Source of the DNA: an uncultured Nitrososphaerales archaeon
GTDB taxonomy: Archaea > Thermoproteota > Nitrososphaeria > Nitrososphaerales > Nitrososphaeraceae
Assembly (NCBI GenBank): GCA_963709405.1
Contig: CAVPXM010000047.1
Location: forward strand, 1 to 64,000
DNA length: 64,000 bases
Reading direction: 5' to 3'
Shown here: piece by piece, positions 29,807-40,209 of the stretch
How the letters are laid out: the number at the start of each line of letters is the position of its first letter
Numbering within the stretch: position 1 is the first letter of the stretch
The notes under the pieces: generated by a model
Database searches by the model: none
Told to the model about the DNA's origin: nothing
What the model saw: the letters and a program-made list of their open reading frames with translations, nothing else
Translations under genes and position numbers: made by a program

Positions 29807-31243
29807 TTATTTTCTGCCAAGTAGTGCCGCCAGTCTGGGCATGTTTATATCTACCTGTTCCTTCATCAGCAAATTATAATAGTTTACTAATATGTCAACC
29901 ATTAACAGGATGCCTATTCCAGAGCCAAAGACATTTAACACATTGGATGCAGATGCAAGTAAACCTATAACTATTCCGCCGACTATTGTTACTGCCGGAA
30001 TGTACTTGGCAAGGAGGACCTCGACTGAACTTTCTGATCTTCTAAACCCAGGTACTTGAACATCAGCATCAAGCAAATTTTTGGCAGCTGATTTTGGTGA
30101 TAGTCCACCTAATTCTACCCATAACTTGCCAAAAAGTGTTACAATAGTAGTCATAAACAGTATATAGACAACGGCTCTTAACGGGTCTTGGGATGCCGTA
30201 TCAAGGCTGTTTGGTGAGGTTACGTAGTACAATATTCCGCCAGTAGGGCTTCGAGGGTTAGATGGATCATACTGTGCTATGTAATTAAACACTGCATTAT
30301 CATTTTGAGGATTATAATTGGCCCATAGCATTTGGCCCATAAATACCGCGTTGGCAAGGAGTGCTGACGCTAGTATTACCGGGATATTCGAGGTATAGAG
30401 CAATTTTATAGGGTACACGGCAGTAAATCCTCTATATTTTGTTGATACAATTGGTATATCTATGTGAATGCCTTGCACATAGACCAGTATCAATAAGACC
30501 AGAGCGGTAATTATTAGTCCAAAGATGCTGGGAAGTTGGCCCGATCTGAAGAAAGCATCACCAAAGTGTCCATTAGCAATAGAATCAATTGTAAATGGGA
30601 TAACTCCTACAGGCCCATCTTGAGCAGGGACTGGGCTGAATACCGCCCAAAAAATAGCCTGTGCAACCCCAGCCATAATGAATAGACTAATTCCCGAGCC
30701 AAGTCCCCAACCCTTCTGAACTAGCTCATCCAATAACATAACAATAAGACTTGCACTAACAAGCTGAGTCACAACGATTGCTATATACTCAGGCCTTGCC
30801 ACCAAATGTCCATAGACACTAGTCCCATACAGTGATCCTTCTGCAATAATCACAATTATTGTGACTATCTTCGTTGCAGACGTAAATAACGAACGGTCAT
30901 CCGCATTTTTGAAATTTAGCTTGATTAATTCTGAACCTTTCAAAAGCTGCATTAACAAACCAGCGGTGACTATTGGACCAATACCGAGCTCTAATAGTGT
31001 GCCTTGCTGTGCAGCAAAAATCACTCTAGCAAAGGCTAAAAAATCAAATTTGGGATCGTTGGTGACACCATAGAGTGGTATCTGTCCCATAATCAAATAA
31101 GCAAAAAGCGCAATTCCACTCCAAACAAATTTTTCATTTAGAGTTAGTTTTTTCTTAGGTTTCTCTACTTGTGGAATATAACGAGATATGGCCTTTATTA
31201 CACGTCTAAATGCGCTTTCGTCACTTTGTATTGTATTTTTCAT
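29807..31243 (-). CDS. secY: Protein translocase subunit SecY
   Basis: LELGIGPIVTAG, KGWGLGSGISLFI, YPIKLLYTSNIP. Confidence 0.98.
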   Translation of the reverse strand: MKNTIQSDESAFRRVIKAISRYIPQVEKPKKKLTLNEKFVWSGIALFAYLIMGQIPLYGVTNDPKFDFLAFARVIFAAQQGTLLELGIGPIVTAGLLMQLLKGSELIKLNFKNADDRSLFTSATKIVTIIVIIAEGSLYGTSVYGHLVARPEYIAIVVTQLVSASLIVMLLDELVQKGWGLGSGISLFIMAGVAQAIFWAVFSPVPAQDGPVGVIPFTIDSIANGHFGDAFFRSGQLPSIFGLIITALVLLILVYVQGIHIDIPIVSTKYRGFTAVYPIKLLYTSNIPVILASALLANAVFMGQMLWANYNPQNDNAVFNYIAQYDPSNPRSPTGGILYYVTSPNSLDTASQDPLRAVVYILFMTTIVTLFGKLWVELGGLSPKSAAKNLLDADVQVPGFRRSESSVEVLLAKYIPAVTIVGGIVIGLLASASNVLNVFGSGIGILLMVDILVNYYNLLMKEQVDINMPRLAALLGRK

Positions 31244-31661
31244 TTGATACTACCTCCCCGCCTGATTGCAATATTTTATCTCTAGCCTTTTCTGAGATTC
31301 TGTTAATTCTCACCTCAAACTTTTCATTGACTAGGCCTCCGCCCAATAATTTATCATAACCCAAAGCGTTCAAATCCAATACATACATGCCCTTGGCATT
31401 TTTTTTGCCATCCTCATGAACCAAAGAATCGAGGTTTGCCACATTGACCCACCTGTTCACAGGATTCCGATTATGCGAAATAAAACTATCATGACCAAAA
31501 TGTTCCGGTTCTTCAATAACTGTTCTTATCCAATGATGTTTATGCTTGCCTGCATTACCTACGCCTCCACGGCTACCAGATTGCCTATGCTGTCCGATCT
31601 GACCCCATCCACAGTACCGACTGCCTCTGTGTCTCCTACTTTTTCTAAATCTAGTCGCCAT
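31221..31661 (-). CDS. rpl15: 50S ribosomal protein uL15
   Basis: RGSRYCGWG...GSRGGVGNAG, KLLGGG. Confidence 0.97.
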   Translation of the reverse strand: MATRFRKSRRHRGSRYCGWGQIGQHRQSGSRGGVGNAGKHKHHWIRTVIEEPEHFGHDSFISHNRNPVNRWVNVANLDSLVHEDGKKNAKGMYVLDLNALGYDKLLGGGLVNEKFEVRINRISEKARDKILQSGGEVVSNEKYNTK

Positions 31662-31743
31662 AATCTTTATGCAATCCCCCTATTACAATCAGGAATGTGT
31701 TCTACATTCAATCTATTCACCTTAATTAACCTTTTCGGACTGC

Positions 31744-32208
31744 TCAAATCATCCTCTCAACGATACTAATCAAGTCCTTGTCCTCCCCCAAAATGCCATC
31801 CTGGGTATACTGCTTTTTTGTACTCTTCTTAAATCCACCTCTTGGAGGATTTAGTGCAAACCAAGGTCTAAAGTTAAGTTTTGAGATCGTAATTCTATCC
31901 TCAGCAAGATCCCTTGCTAACTCCTGTAAATTCGAATAATTTTGAGGCAAGTCCTTTTCATTGATGGGTTTATTACCCAACCTTCTACCCCTCTTGGATA
32001 GGAGCTGCAGTACGGTCTCTGGGTCAGCAGAGCACCACGCCACAATGTCCTTAACTTTTCTTAACATACCTAGGGACTGTTTATTTTCAGGGACAATTGT
32101 TGCATTGAACTTTTTTCCTAAATTAAGGTATTCAAGAGTAGAATTTGCCCAATATGGAACGTTGACTGTACCTTTAATTCTGACAACTAGATAGGCCATA
32201 TTATTCAT
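31744..32208 (-). CDS. rpl30: 50S ribosomal protein uL30
   Basis: YLVVRIKG, GMLRKVKD, LNPPRGGF. Confidence 0.95.
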   Translation of the reverse strand: MNNMAYLVVRIKGTVNVPYWANSTLEYLNLGKKFNATIVPENKQSLGMLRKVKDIVAWCSADPETVLQLLSKRGRRLGNKPINEKDLPQNYSNLQELARDLAEDRITISKLNFRPWFALNPPRGGFKKSTKKQYTQDGILGEDKDLISIVERMI

Positions 32209-32840
32209 CCAGTCACATATGTGCTCCGGAGAGCAGAAAAGATTGCCTTCGATGTAGACGACATAGTACTTGTTGAGCCGAAAGATTTTGTCCAGGTATC
32301 TTTCAAACCAGCAAGCTTCAGCAAATTTTTGATATTTTCTCCTGCCACCAAGCCCAGACCTCTCGGCCCCGGAATAATCTCAATTGTTACACTGCCACCT
32401 CTACCTCTGACCTTGAATGGTATCGAGTGGAATTGCGCACACCTACACTCCCAACTTCCACATCCCAACTTTACCGGAATAACGTTAAGATAAGCTGAAT
32501 TAGTTGCCTTATCGATTGCTATACGCATTTGAGAGGCCTTTCCCTTGCCTATTCCAAACCACCCAGCTTCATTTCCTACTGCAACAAGCGCATTAAACCT
32601 GGTCATTTCCCCGGCATCAGTCTGTTTTTGGACTATGCCAACGTGAATAACCTCACTCTTTATGTCAGGCAATAAATGTCGGACAATTTCGGATTCTTGG
32701 ATCCTCATTCCATTCTCATAAACCTCATCCATTGATTTGATCTTTCCCGTTGAAACCATGATCCCAAGGCTTGTACGTGGTTTCCATTCTGCTAGTGAAG
32801 GTTGTTGTCTGCTCTGAGGAGGCGAATACTGTCTACTCAA
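32205..32840 (-). CDS. rps5: 30S ribosomal protein uS5
   Basis: WKPRTSLG, VQKQTDAG, GCGSWEC, PGPRGLGLVAG. Confidence 0.97.
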   Translation of the reverse strand: MSRQYSPPQSRQQPSLAEWKPRTSLGIMVSTGKIKSMDEVYENGMRIQESEIVRHLLPDIKSEVIHVGIVQKQTDAGEMTRFNALVAVGNEAGWFGIGKGKASQMRIAIDKATNSAYLNVIPVKLGCGSWECRCAQFHSIPFKVRGRGGSVTIEIIPGPRGLGLVAGENIKNLLKLAGLKDTWTKSFGSTSTMSSTSKAIFSALRSTYVTG

Positions 32841-32848
32841 TTAGCTCA

Positions 32849-33538
32849 TCACCTTGCTTCAGATCCGGATTTCTCCTTAGATTGTGCTGGCCCTTTTTCA
32901 ATCGCTTCGGTCATTTTAACCTTCGACTTTTGGTCTTCGTTGGGTTTTGATCCTTGTTTATCGCTTTTGCTGGGAAGCCTTTCCATAAGAACGCCTTTTA
33001 CCTTCTGTACATGAGCTGGATAATCTTCAGGCTTGAGACCGTTCTTAAGCAATAGAGAAAACTTTGACTCGTATTCTGATTTATTTTCTTGAAGAAGTTT
33101 TGCATAGCTTGCTATATGATTGCCTTCTAAACGATCCTGATCAGGAAACGAATCTTCTGATACAGGGACCCTCACTCCTGCATCGACTATTCCCTTAAGG
33201 CAAGCTGCAACTCTACTAGTAAATTGATTCATTCCGGTATACAAGACAGCATTATCAAGATTCTTCTCAAGACATTTTTTGCCTAACAAAATTCCGGTCA
33301 AATAGCATGCAGGAAGGCTATTCAGGGATCCGTTCCAGCCTTGCTTTGCAAGCTCTCTGCTATGCACTGAGGCTAGAACTTTATCTCCCTTAATGTCAGG
33401 AGACAACAATCGGGTCAGGACATTTTGATTGGTGATTTTAACGGTTATAAAATGATGACGACCAACCAAAATGGCAGCTCTCTTCCTATAATTAGTCTTG
33501 TGTTGCCTGATCCTTTTTATGGTACGAATATAACGCAT
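32849..33538 (-). CDS. rpl18: 50S ribosomal protein uL18 with a charged C-terminal extension
   Basis: KTNYRKR, LPACYLTG, GIVDAG. Confidence 0.95.
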   Translation of the reverse strand: MRYIRTIKRIRQHKTNYRKRAAILVGRHHFITVKITNQNVLTRLLSPDIKGDKVLASVHSRELAKQGWNGSLNSLPACYLTGILLGKKCLEKNLDNAVLYTGMNQFTSRVAACLKGIVDAGVRVPVSEDSFPDQDRLEGNHIASYAKLLQENKSEYESKFSLLLKNGLKPEDYPAHVQKVKGVLMERLPSKSDKQGSKPNEDQKSKVKMTEAIEKGPAQSKEKSGSEAR

Positions 33539-33638
33539 TTTAACGATTCTCCGTCATTTCAAAGATTATGACCCAAACCATCCATAGCACTTATAAACGT
33601 TCTAACGTTCAAAAACGCTTCTCTTCTGCTACAAGTAG

Positions 33639-34448
33639 CTAAGCCGACTTCTCTGTGGATAGATCAGCTCTTGTAGCGTACAGGCGTTTTGCGATCAAAG
33701 CTGCGAAGGCACCTGCCCCAATGCCATTATCAATATTTACGACGGCTAATCCAAATGTACAACTTTGAAGCATCGAGGCAAGGGCGGCTACTCCTGCTGA
33801 TCCGAATCCGTAACCGATCGAGGTTGGAACCCCGATCACAGGAAGGCTCACCATTGAAGAGACTACTGAAGCAAGGGCACCCTCCATTCCTGCAACAACA
33901 ACTATAGCCTCTACATTCTCCTCCATCATCTGTCGAAGGGCAGGAAAGAGTCTATGTAGGCCGGCGATACCTACGTCGTAGCTCAGAACCGAGTCACACT
34001 CCATAGATTTGGCAATTATCCTAGACTCTTCCGCAACTCCTATATCTGAAGTACCGGCACAGATTATCCCTATTTTTGGTCTAGACTCGTTTATGGCCAA
34101 AGATTTCCGTGAAACTAAAATCGTAGTACTCAACTTACCAACTTCCACATTAAAAGATCTCTTCTTTAAAAAAGTTACAAGCTTTCGTAGATCAGCCTTC
34201 TGTATTCTACTCACAACAACTGAGTTATTACGTTTAAGTGCGGCCTTTACGATCTTGATAATTTCCAGACGCGTCTTATACTCGCCAAAGACTACCTCAG
34301 GGATGCCTCTCCTAATTTCCCTTGCAGTATCTAGTTGAGCGAGATTACCGGCGGCGAATTCAATTGAGTGGACAGAAATCCGTTTTTGCACCTCGTCGAT
34401 ACTAAGCCGACCATTTGCAAATTCCTGCAAGATCGCTCGAATATCCAT
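33639..34448 (-). CDS. larB: NPN cofactor biosynthesis carboxylase/hydrolase LarB
   Basis: RRGIPEVVF, AGTSD, DVGIAGLHRL, AGMEGAL, PTSIGYG, VNIDNG. Confidence 0.93.
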   Translation of the reverse strand: MDIRAILQEFANGRLSIDEVQKRISVHSIEFAAGNLAQLDTAREIRRGIPEVVFGEYKTRLEIIKIVKAALKRNNSVVVSRIQKADLRKLVTFLKKRSFNVEVGKLSTTILVSRKSLAINESRPKIGIICAGTSDIGVAEESRIIAKSMECDSVLSYDVGIAGLHRLFPALRQMMEENVEAIVVVAGMEGALASVVSSMVSLPVIGVPTSIGYGFGSAGVAALASMLQSCTFGLAVVNIDNGIGAGAFAALIAKRLYATRADLSTEKSA

Positions 34449-34491
34449 ATCTGACTGACTACTATATTCAAAAAACCAGCAAATAAAAGGA

Positions 34492-35407
34492 TTACAAATG
34501 AAGTGTCTGTATTGCTTCCTTTACACTACTCACTCCCTTCGAAAATATTGCCTGCTCGAAGCTATCTAGAGGCAGTTCGATAATCTTTTCCACACCTTGG
34601 GAACCAATTACAGCAGGAACACCTATGCAAACATCGTCAGCTCCGTATTCTCCCTCTAACATTGTAGAGACTGGAATAATAGATCTTTTGTCTTTCATCA
34701 CTGATTCAATCATGGTTGCTACAGCATTTCCTGGGGCATGTGTTGTTGCTCCTTTAAGAGATATGACCTCTGCTGCAACTGCCCTTGTATTTTCGAGAAT
34801 CTCGCTTGCTTGTCGTTCAGTGATAAACTCATTCAAAGGGATACCACTCAAAGCTCGAGTACCTAATAAGGGGAAGCATATTTTCGCCATGTTCGCTTAT
34901 GACCATGGCGTGAATCGAATCATTGGATATCTTTGTGGCATTGTGAATAAAATACTTGAATCTGGACAAGTCTAACATTCCGCCCATGCCCATAACTCTG
35001 TTCTTCGCGGTTCCAGAGACCTTTAATAGTAGGTATGTGAGTGGATCCAACGGATTTGTCACCACAATCGAGATTGCATTAGCCGCGTAATTCTTAACTT
35101 TGACGGAAATATCCCTTATAATATCTGCGTTTGTTTTTAAAAGATCCATCCTAGTCATGCCCGGTTTTCTTCCAACACCTGCTACTAGTACTACGAAACC
35201 AGAACCTTTCATGTCTTCGTAATTATTTGACCCCGATACTTTACAGTCTATTCCTCTTTCTGAAAGCTGATGGTCAATATCTAATGCCTCTCCTTGAGGA
35301 AGACCTTTAACGATATCAAGTAAAAGTATATCATCCAATTCTCTCAAAGCGCAATTTAAGGCCACGGAAGCTCCTACTTTGCCCGATCCGATAACAGTAA
35401 TTGTCAT
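34492..35407 (-). CDS. mdh: Malate dehydrogenase (LDH-like); frameshift near 34860
   Basis: [31 protein letters not shown]. Confidence 0.92.
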
Positions 35408-35666
35408 TAAAAAATTGACAATCATCGAAAGTTTATAAATCTTCAATACTCACTTTCGGATGTCATGTACTGAGATGACCTTAGAAATCTGATTTCCGTA
35501 TCTGGGAATTGGTATAAATTTAATCTTGAAGTCGGTGAACTGATCTCGCTGATTTTAACATCTAATTTGGCTTTTGTAAGGTTAGCGGTCTCTTAATTGT
35601 TAAAAAGTCCAGCCCAGAGACCCAAGTAATATATTGATAAAAAGTTTAATTTAGTTTTGTCACGCC

Positions 35667-36914
35667 ATGGCAGATATTGCAATCATTGATTGTCAAATTA
35701 GTGGTATTTCTGGAGACATGTTGCTCTCAGCCCTTGTTCATGCAGGAGCGCACGAGAAAAAGATACTGGAGTCAGTTTTTACCTGCCAAGACTTTCTTAC
35801 AGGAAGTAAAATAATATCTGCTAGTTTCACAAAAAAGTCCTTCAATGGATTTAATGCTACCAGGTTCGAGTCCCAATATAAAGACAAGAGAAGCACGAGG
35901 AAGGGCATGGATATGTATCGGTCATTGGCATCTTGCTGTAACTCTCTCGATTTAGATCTGCGCGCAAAATCATTTGCACTGGAATCCTTTAAAACCATAA
36001 TTTCATCTGAAGCTGAAGTACATGGTGCTGATGTCAACACTGTGCATTTACACGAAACCTCGAGTATTGACACATTTGTGGACCTCATCGGCTGCGCTAC
36101 CGCACTTCAAGACCTAGGCCTATTTAATTGCAGGATCGTCTCTACAAAGATCGCAGTTGGAGGTGGCACAGTAAAATTTTCACATGGAACCGTGCCTAAT
36201 CCAAGTGATGCTATTTTGCAAATCTTTAAAGGTAAACCTTTTGTCTTAACTGCTGGTCGAGCGGAGGAAGAAGTAACTACGCCAACCGGAGCCGCAATGC
36301 TTGTAAATCTTGCTACCGAGAGTGTTAGTCATTATCCGGATCATCTCCCATATAGAATCGGGTACGGAACCGGAAGAAAGCCTCTGAAACATGTTCCAAA
36401 CATCCTGAGATTGGTTTTAGGCAAATCTCATTTTGCTTATGAAACCAGCACGGACTCGGTCAACGTAATAGAAACAAATCTTGATGATGTTTCCGGGGAG
36501 ATAATAGGAAACCTGATCGATCGTCTGGCAGAATCAAACGTCAAAGATGTAACAGTGGTACCAGGCCTATCAAAGAAAAATAGGCCGAACTATTTGATCA
36601 AGGTCATATGTGATCATACTCAGATAAATTTGGTATTGGACATATTGTTTAGCGAAACAGGCACTATGGGTATTCGGGTTCAAGAACAAATGCGCTTCGT
36701 TCTTCCTAGAAGTATTATAACCATGCCTATAAGTATTGGCGACAATAGTTATAACGTGCGAGTAAAGATTGCCAAGGATTCGCACAATACTATTATAAAT
36801 GCAAAAGCTGAATACGAAGATATTAAATTAATTTCTTCTAAAATTGGGCTTCCTCTGAGGAATGTGATGGAACAGGTTAATGCGCAAATTACTAATAGAG
36901 TACGGATGGGATAG
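35667..36914 (+). CDS. larC: Nickel insertase LarC
   Basis: SGISGDMLLSAL, EAEVHG...VHLHE, TPTGAA, ETNLDD, KKNRP. Confidence 0.95.
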   Translation: MADIAIIDCQISGISGDMLLSALVHAGAHEKKILESVFTCQDFLTGSKIISASFTKKSFNGFNATRFESQYKDKRSTRKGMDMYRSLASCCNSLDLDLRAKSFALESFKTIISSEAEVHGADVNTVHLHETSSIDTFVDLIGCATALQDLGLFNCRIVSTKIAVGGGTVKFSHGTVPNPSDAILQIFKGKPFVLTAGRAEEEVTTPTGAAMLVNLATESVSHYPDHLPYRIGYGTGRKPLKHVPNILRLVLGKSHFAYETSTDSVNVIETNLDDVSGEIIGNLIDRLAESNVKDVTVVPGLSKKNRPNYLIKVICDHTQINLVLDILFSETGTMGIRVQEQMRFVLPRSIITMPISIGDNSYNVRVKIAKDSHNTIINAKAEYEDIKLISSKIGLPLRNVMEQVNAQITNRVRMG

Positions 36915-36925
36915 GTTCAAATCAT

Positions 36926-37735
36926 ATGGATTCAACTGCTGGGTTTGATAGGCTCATTGGCTGGTTCGTGGAACGCAGTGAAAGGGTTATCGTAGCTCTC
37001 TCTGGCGGAGTTGATAGTGCAGTCGTAGCCTTGGCAGCGAAAATGGCTTTAAATGACCAGGCAATAGCTATTACGGCAAACTACAAGACACTGGCTATTG
37101 AGGAGCTTGAATCAGCTAAATCCGTCGCAAATGAAATTTCAATACGCCATATAGTAATCGAATACGATGAGTTGGAAAATCCCCTTTTCAGGAAGAATGA
37201 CGAATTGAGATGTTATTACTGCCGGAGCGAGTTGGCGAGAAGACTAGTGTCATATGGACAAAAAATTGGAGTAGATCTGATTACAGATGGAACGCAAGTA
37301 GACGATGCAAATGATTTTAGACCCGGTTTGAAGGCACTGAGTGAAAATGGGATCAAAAGCCCACTGGTCGAAGTAGGACTGGACAAGTCAAGAATACGAA
37401 GTATCGCAAAGGCTTATCGGTTATCAGTCTACGATCGACCTTCAAATTCCTGTCTAGCATCGAGGCTTCCCAAGGGTACAGAAGTTACAGCTGAGAGACT
37501 TGCCAGAATCGAAAAGGCAGAAAGCATAATAAAAAAGATTTGCGGAGCCAGGCAAGTCCGGGTCAGAGATCACGGCGATGTTGCAAGGATTGAGGTCGGT
37601 GCAGACGAGATTTCAAAACTCTTCGACTCTGTCAAGCTTGCAAGTCTTGACCTCAGGCTCAGAATGCTAGGGTTCAGATATGTATGTATCGATGCTCGAG
37701 GGTACCGTACTGGAAATCTTGTTATAATAGATTAA
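36926..37735 (+). CDS. larE: ATP-dependent sulfur insertase LarE
   Basis: SGGVDS PP-loop, RCYYCR, RPG, SNSCLASR, QVRVRDHG. Confidence 0.95.
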   Translation: MDSTAGFDRLIGWFVERSERVIVALSGGVDSAVVALAAKMALNDQAIAITANYKTLAIEELESAKSVANEISIRHIVIEYDELENPLFRKNDELRCYYCRSELARRLVSYGQKIGVDLITDGTQVDDANDFRPGLKALSENGIKSPLVEVGLDKSRIRSIAKAYRLSVYDRPSNSCLASRLPKGTEVTAERLARIEKAESIIKKICGARQVRVRDHGDVARIEVGADEISKLFDSVKLASLDLRLRMLGFRYVCIDARGYRTGNLVIID

Positions 37736-37753
37736 TTATCGTAAATTGATATA

Positions 37754-38959
37754 TTGCCACTCGAGACAAAACGATTTCATACCATATATTTGGATAACGC
37801 TGCTTCCACACCATTACTAGAGGAGGCATTCCAGGAAATGATACCCTTTCTCAGGACACAATATGGTAATCCGTCTTCCCTCCACAAGTATGGATTTGAT
37901 GCCAAACGGGCTATTACATTAGCCAGGAGACGAGTTGCATCAATAATTGGTGCATCGGACGACGAAATAATCTTTACCTCTGGTGGTACGGAATCTAACA
38001 ATTTAGCGATCAAAGGGACGGCATCAGAATGTAGGTTAAGAGATTCCAAGAGAATACATTTGATCACAAGTGAGATAGAACACGAGTCTGTGTTGGAACC
38101 TTTTAGAGAACTAGAGAAGAATGGGTTTCAGGTCACCTACCTTCCGGTATCAAATCATGGTATTGTCGATACTGCTAGTTTAAAAGAACAGCTCTCGGAG
38201 TCGAAAACAGCATTAGTGAGTGTTATGTTCGCAAACAATGAAGTCGGAAGTATCCAACCAGTAATGGAGATTGCGAATATAATTCATACAACGAGTAAAG
38301 AAACCCTTTTTCATTGTGATGCCACTCAGGGTATAGGCAAGGTCCCGGTAAATGTACGGATCCTTGGAGTCGATCTACTGACAATATCGTCTCATAAAAT
38401 AAATGGTCCAAAAGGCACAGGTGCGCTCTATATACGGCACGGCGTAAAGATAAATCCCTTGCTGCTCGGGGGAGGACAAGAATCGTTACTTCGATCAGGA
38501 ACAGAAAATGTGTATGGTATTGCGGGTTTTGGCAAAGCATGCGAAATCGCACTTTTAAATATAATCAAGAACGAGCGTGAAATTTCCATGATACGTAATT
38601 ACTTGGTTAAGAGAATACTCAATGAAATTCCTAATTCACGGTATAACGGCTCCCAAATTCATAGGATTCCCAATAATGCTCATTTTACAATATCGGGGAT
38701 AAATGGCGAGGATCTGGTAATGAAGCTCGACGAATTTGGTATAGCAGCCTCTACGGGATCTGCATGTTCTTCCAGGAAACAAAAGTCATCTCATGTTCTA
38801 AAGGCGATGGGATATTCCTATGACGAAATAACGGGTTCACTTCGGATAAGCATAGGACCCCAGAACACAATTCAAGAGATGGATCAATTCGTTATGATAT
38901 TATCAGAAGTCATTAAGGAACTACGAAAATTTTCACCCCTTACTTCCAGAAATCAATAG
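37754..38959 (+). CDS. iscS: Cysteine desulfurase (IscS/NifS class)
   Basis: YLDNAAST, GNPSS, SGGTESNN, SSHKINGPKG, GSACSS. Confidence 0.95.
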   Translation: MPLETKRFHTIYLDNAASTPLLEEAFQEMIPFLRTQYGNPSSLHKYGFDAKRAITLARRRVASIIGASDDEIIFTSGGTESNNLAIKGTASECRLRDSKRIHLITSEIEHESVLEPFRELEKNGFQVTYLPVSNHGIVDTASLKEQLSESKTALVSVMFANNEVGSIQPVMEIANIIHTTSKETLFHCDATQGIGKVPVNVRILGVDLLTISSHKINGPKGTGALYIRHGVKINPLLLGGGQESLLRSGTENVYGIAGFGKACEIALLNIIKNEREISMIRNYLVKRILNEIPNSRYNGSQIHRIPNNAHFTISGINGEDLVMKLDEFGIAASTGSACSSRKQKSSHVLKAMGYSYDEITGSLRISIGPQNTIQEMDQFVMILSEVIKELRKFSPLTSRNQ

Positions 38960-39006
38960 TTGTATTCTGACAACATTCTTATTCTCGATTTTACACCTAG
39001 GGAATA

Positions 39007-39510
39007 ATGTCCAACAAATCTATGGCGGACACTGATTATCACGTTCCAGACAAGTTCCAAGAGGCACCTGATTTTGAGCTCCCAGATATTAACATGAAGG
39101 CGCATAGGCTGAGCGACTATAGAGGAAAAAAAATTATACTGGCTTTTTTTCCTGCCGCTGAGTCTCCTGTTTGCACTCTTGAAATGTGTAATTTTAGAGA
39201 TTCTCTTAGCGAGCTCAGAGAGGATGGAACAGAAATAATCGGAATTTCCGTTGACGGCCCATTCGCGAATAAGATGTTCGGCCAAAATCATCACATCAAT
39301 TTTCCTTTGTTAAGCGATTATAGAAGGAAAGTAGTTAACATGTATGGGATTCTTATGAAGGACCTAGGTCCACTTACTGATTATGACGCGGCTAAGCGAT
39401 CTATTTTTATCTTGGATAAGGATCAGAAAATACAATATAGATGGGTCTCTGACAATCCGCTCATTGAACCCAACTATCAGGAAATAAAGAAGGTATTGAA
39501 GAGTTTCTAA
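39007..39510 (+). CDS. Peroxiredoxin (BCP/AhpE-like)
   Basis: APDFELP, FFPAAESPVCTLEMC, FPLLSD. Confidence 0.9.
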   Translation: MSNKSMADTDYHVPDKFQEAPDFELPDINMKAHRLSDYRGKKIILAFFPAAESPVCTLEMCNFRDSLSELREDGTEIIGISVDGPFANKMFGQNHHINFPLLSDYRRKVVNMYGILMKDLGPLTDYDAAKRSIFILDKDQKIQYRWVSDNPLIEPNYQEIKKVLKSF

Positions 39511-39687
39511 AACATATTTTCAAATTCCTCCTGCATAATCCAAATATCAGAAATTCGCGGAATTCTTAGGCTTTAAGGAGAGAATTGCATTTTTTGCATG
39601 GGGTAACGGCTCAAAAAAACTATTGTACAGCCTGTTAGGCCAAATTGCTCTCTAGTCCCAAATCCTTTGGAAAGAACGCTAATGGCT

Positions 39688-40209
39688 CTATTCGATTACT
39701 GCTATGATATCATATCTAGCAACAGCTGCTCCCTTTTTTACCCTAAGTTCCTTCACTATCCCGTCTTTATGCGCCTTCACTGCAACCTGCATCTTCATTG
39801 ATTCCAACACAACAAGAGAATCCCCTTTTTTTACCTCTGTTTTAACTGCCGTAAGGACATTGACGACCCGGCCTGGAATTTGACTGACTAGGATATTCCC
39901 TCCACCTGTCTTTGAAGTTAGAGATAACGATTTTTCAAGAATTTCAGTCAACTTAGAATGTTGCTTGACCGTATGGAGACGACCATTAATGGATAATCTA
40001 ACTTCCGAACTTCCAGATTGGATAATCTTTGCAGAATAAAAGGAATCGTCTAGAATGAACTCGAAAAGATCTGATCCAGATTTTAATAGTCTAACTTGAT
40101 ACTCCCTTCCGTCTATCTTTACAAGAATCAATCCCTTCTCAAGAGATCTAACTATTTCACCATGTACGATTTCTTTAGTACCACTAATCTCAAAATCCAT
40201 GTGACTCAC
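39688..40209 (-). CDS. accB: Biotin carboxyl carrier protein of acetyl/propionyl-CoA carboxylase
   Basis: ESMKM biotinylation motif; operon with accC and the carboxyltransferase. Confidence 0.93.
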   Translation of the reverse strand: MSHMDFEISGTKEIVHGEIVRSLEKGLILVKIDGREYQVRLLKSGSDLFEFILDDSFYSAKIIQSGSSEVRLSINGRLHTVKQHSKLTEILEKSLSLTSKTGGGNILVSQIPGRVVNVLTAVKTEVKKGDSLVVLESMKMQVAVKAHKDGIVKELRVKKGAAVARYDIIAVIE

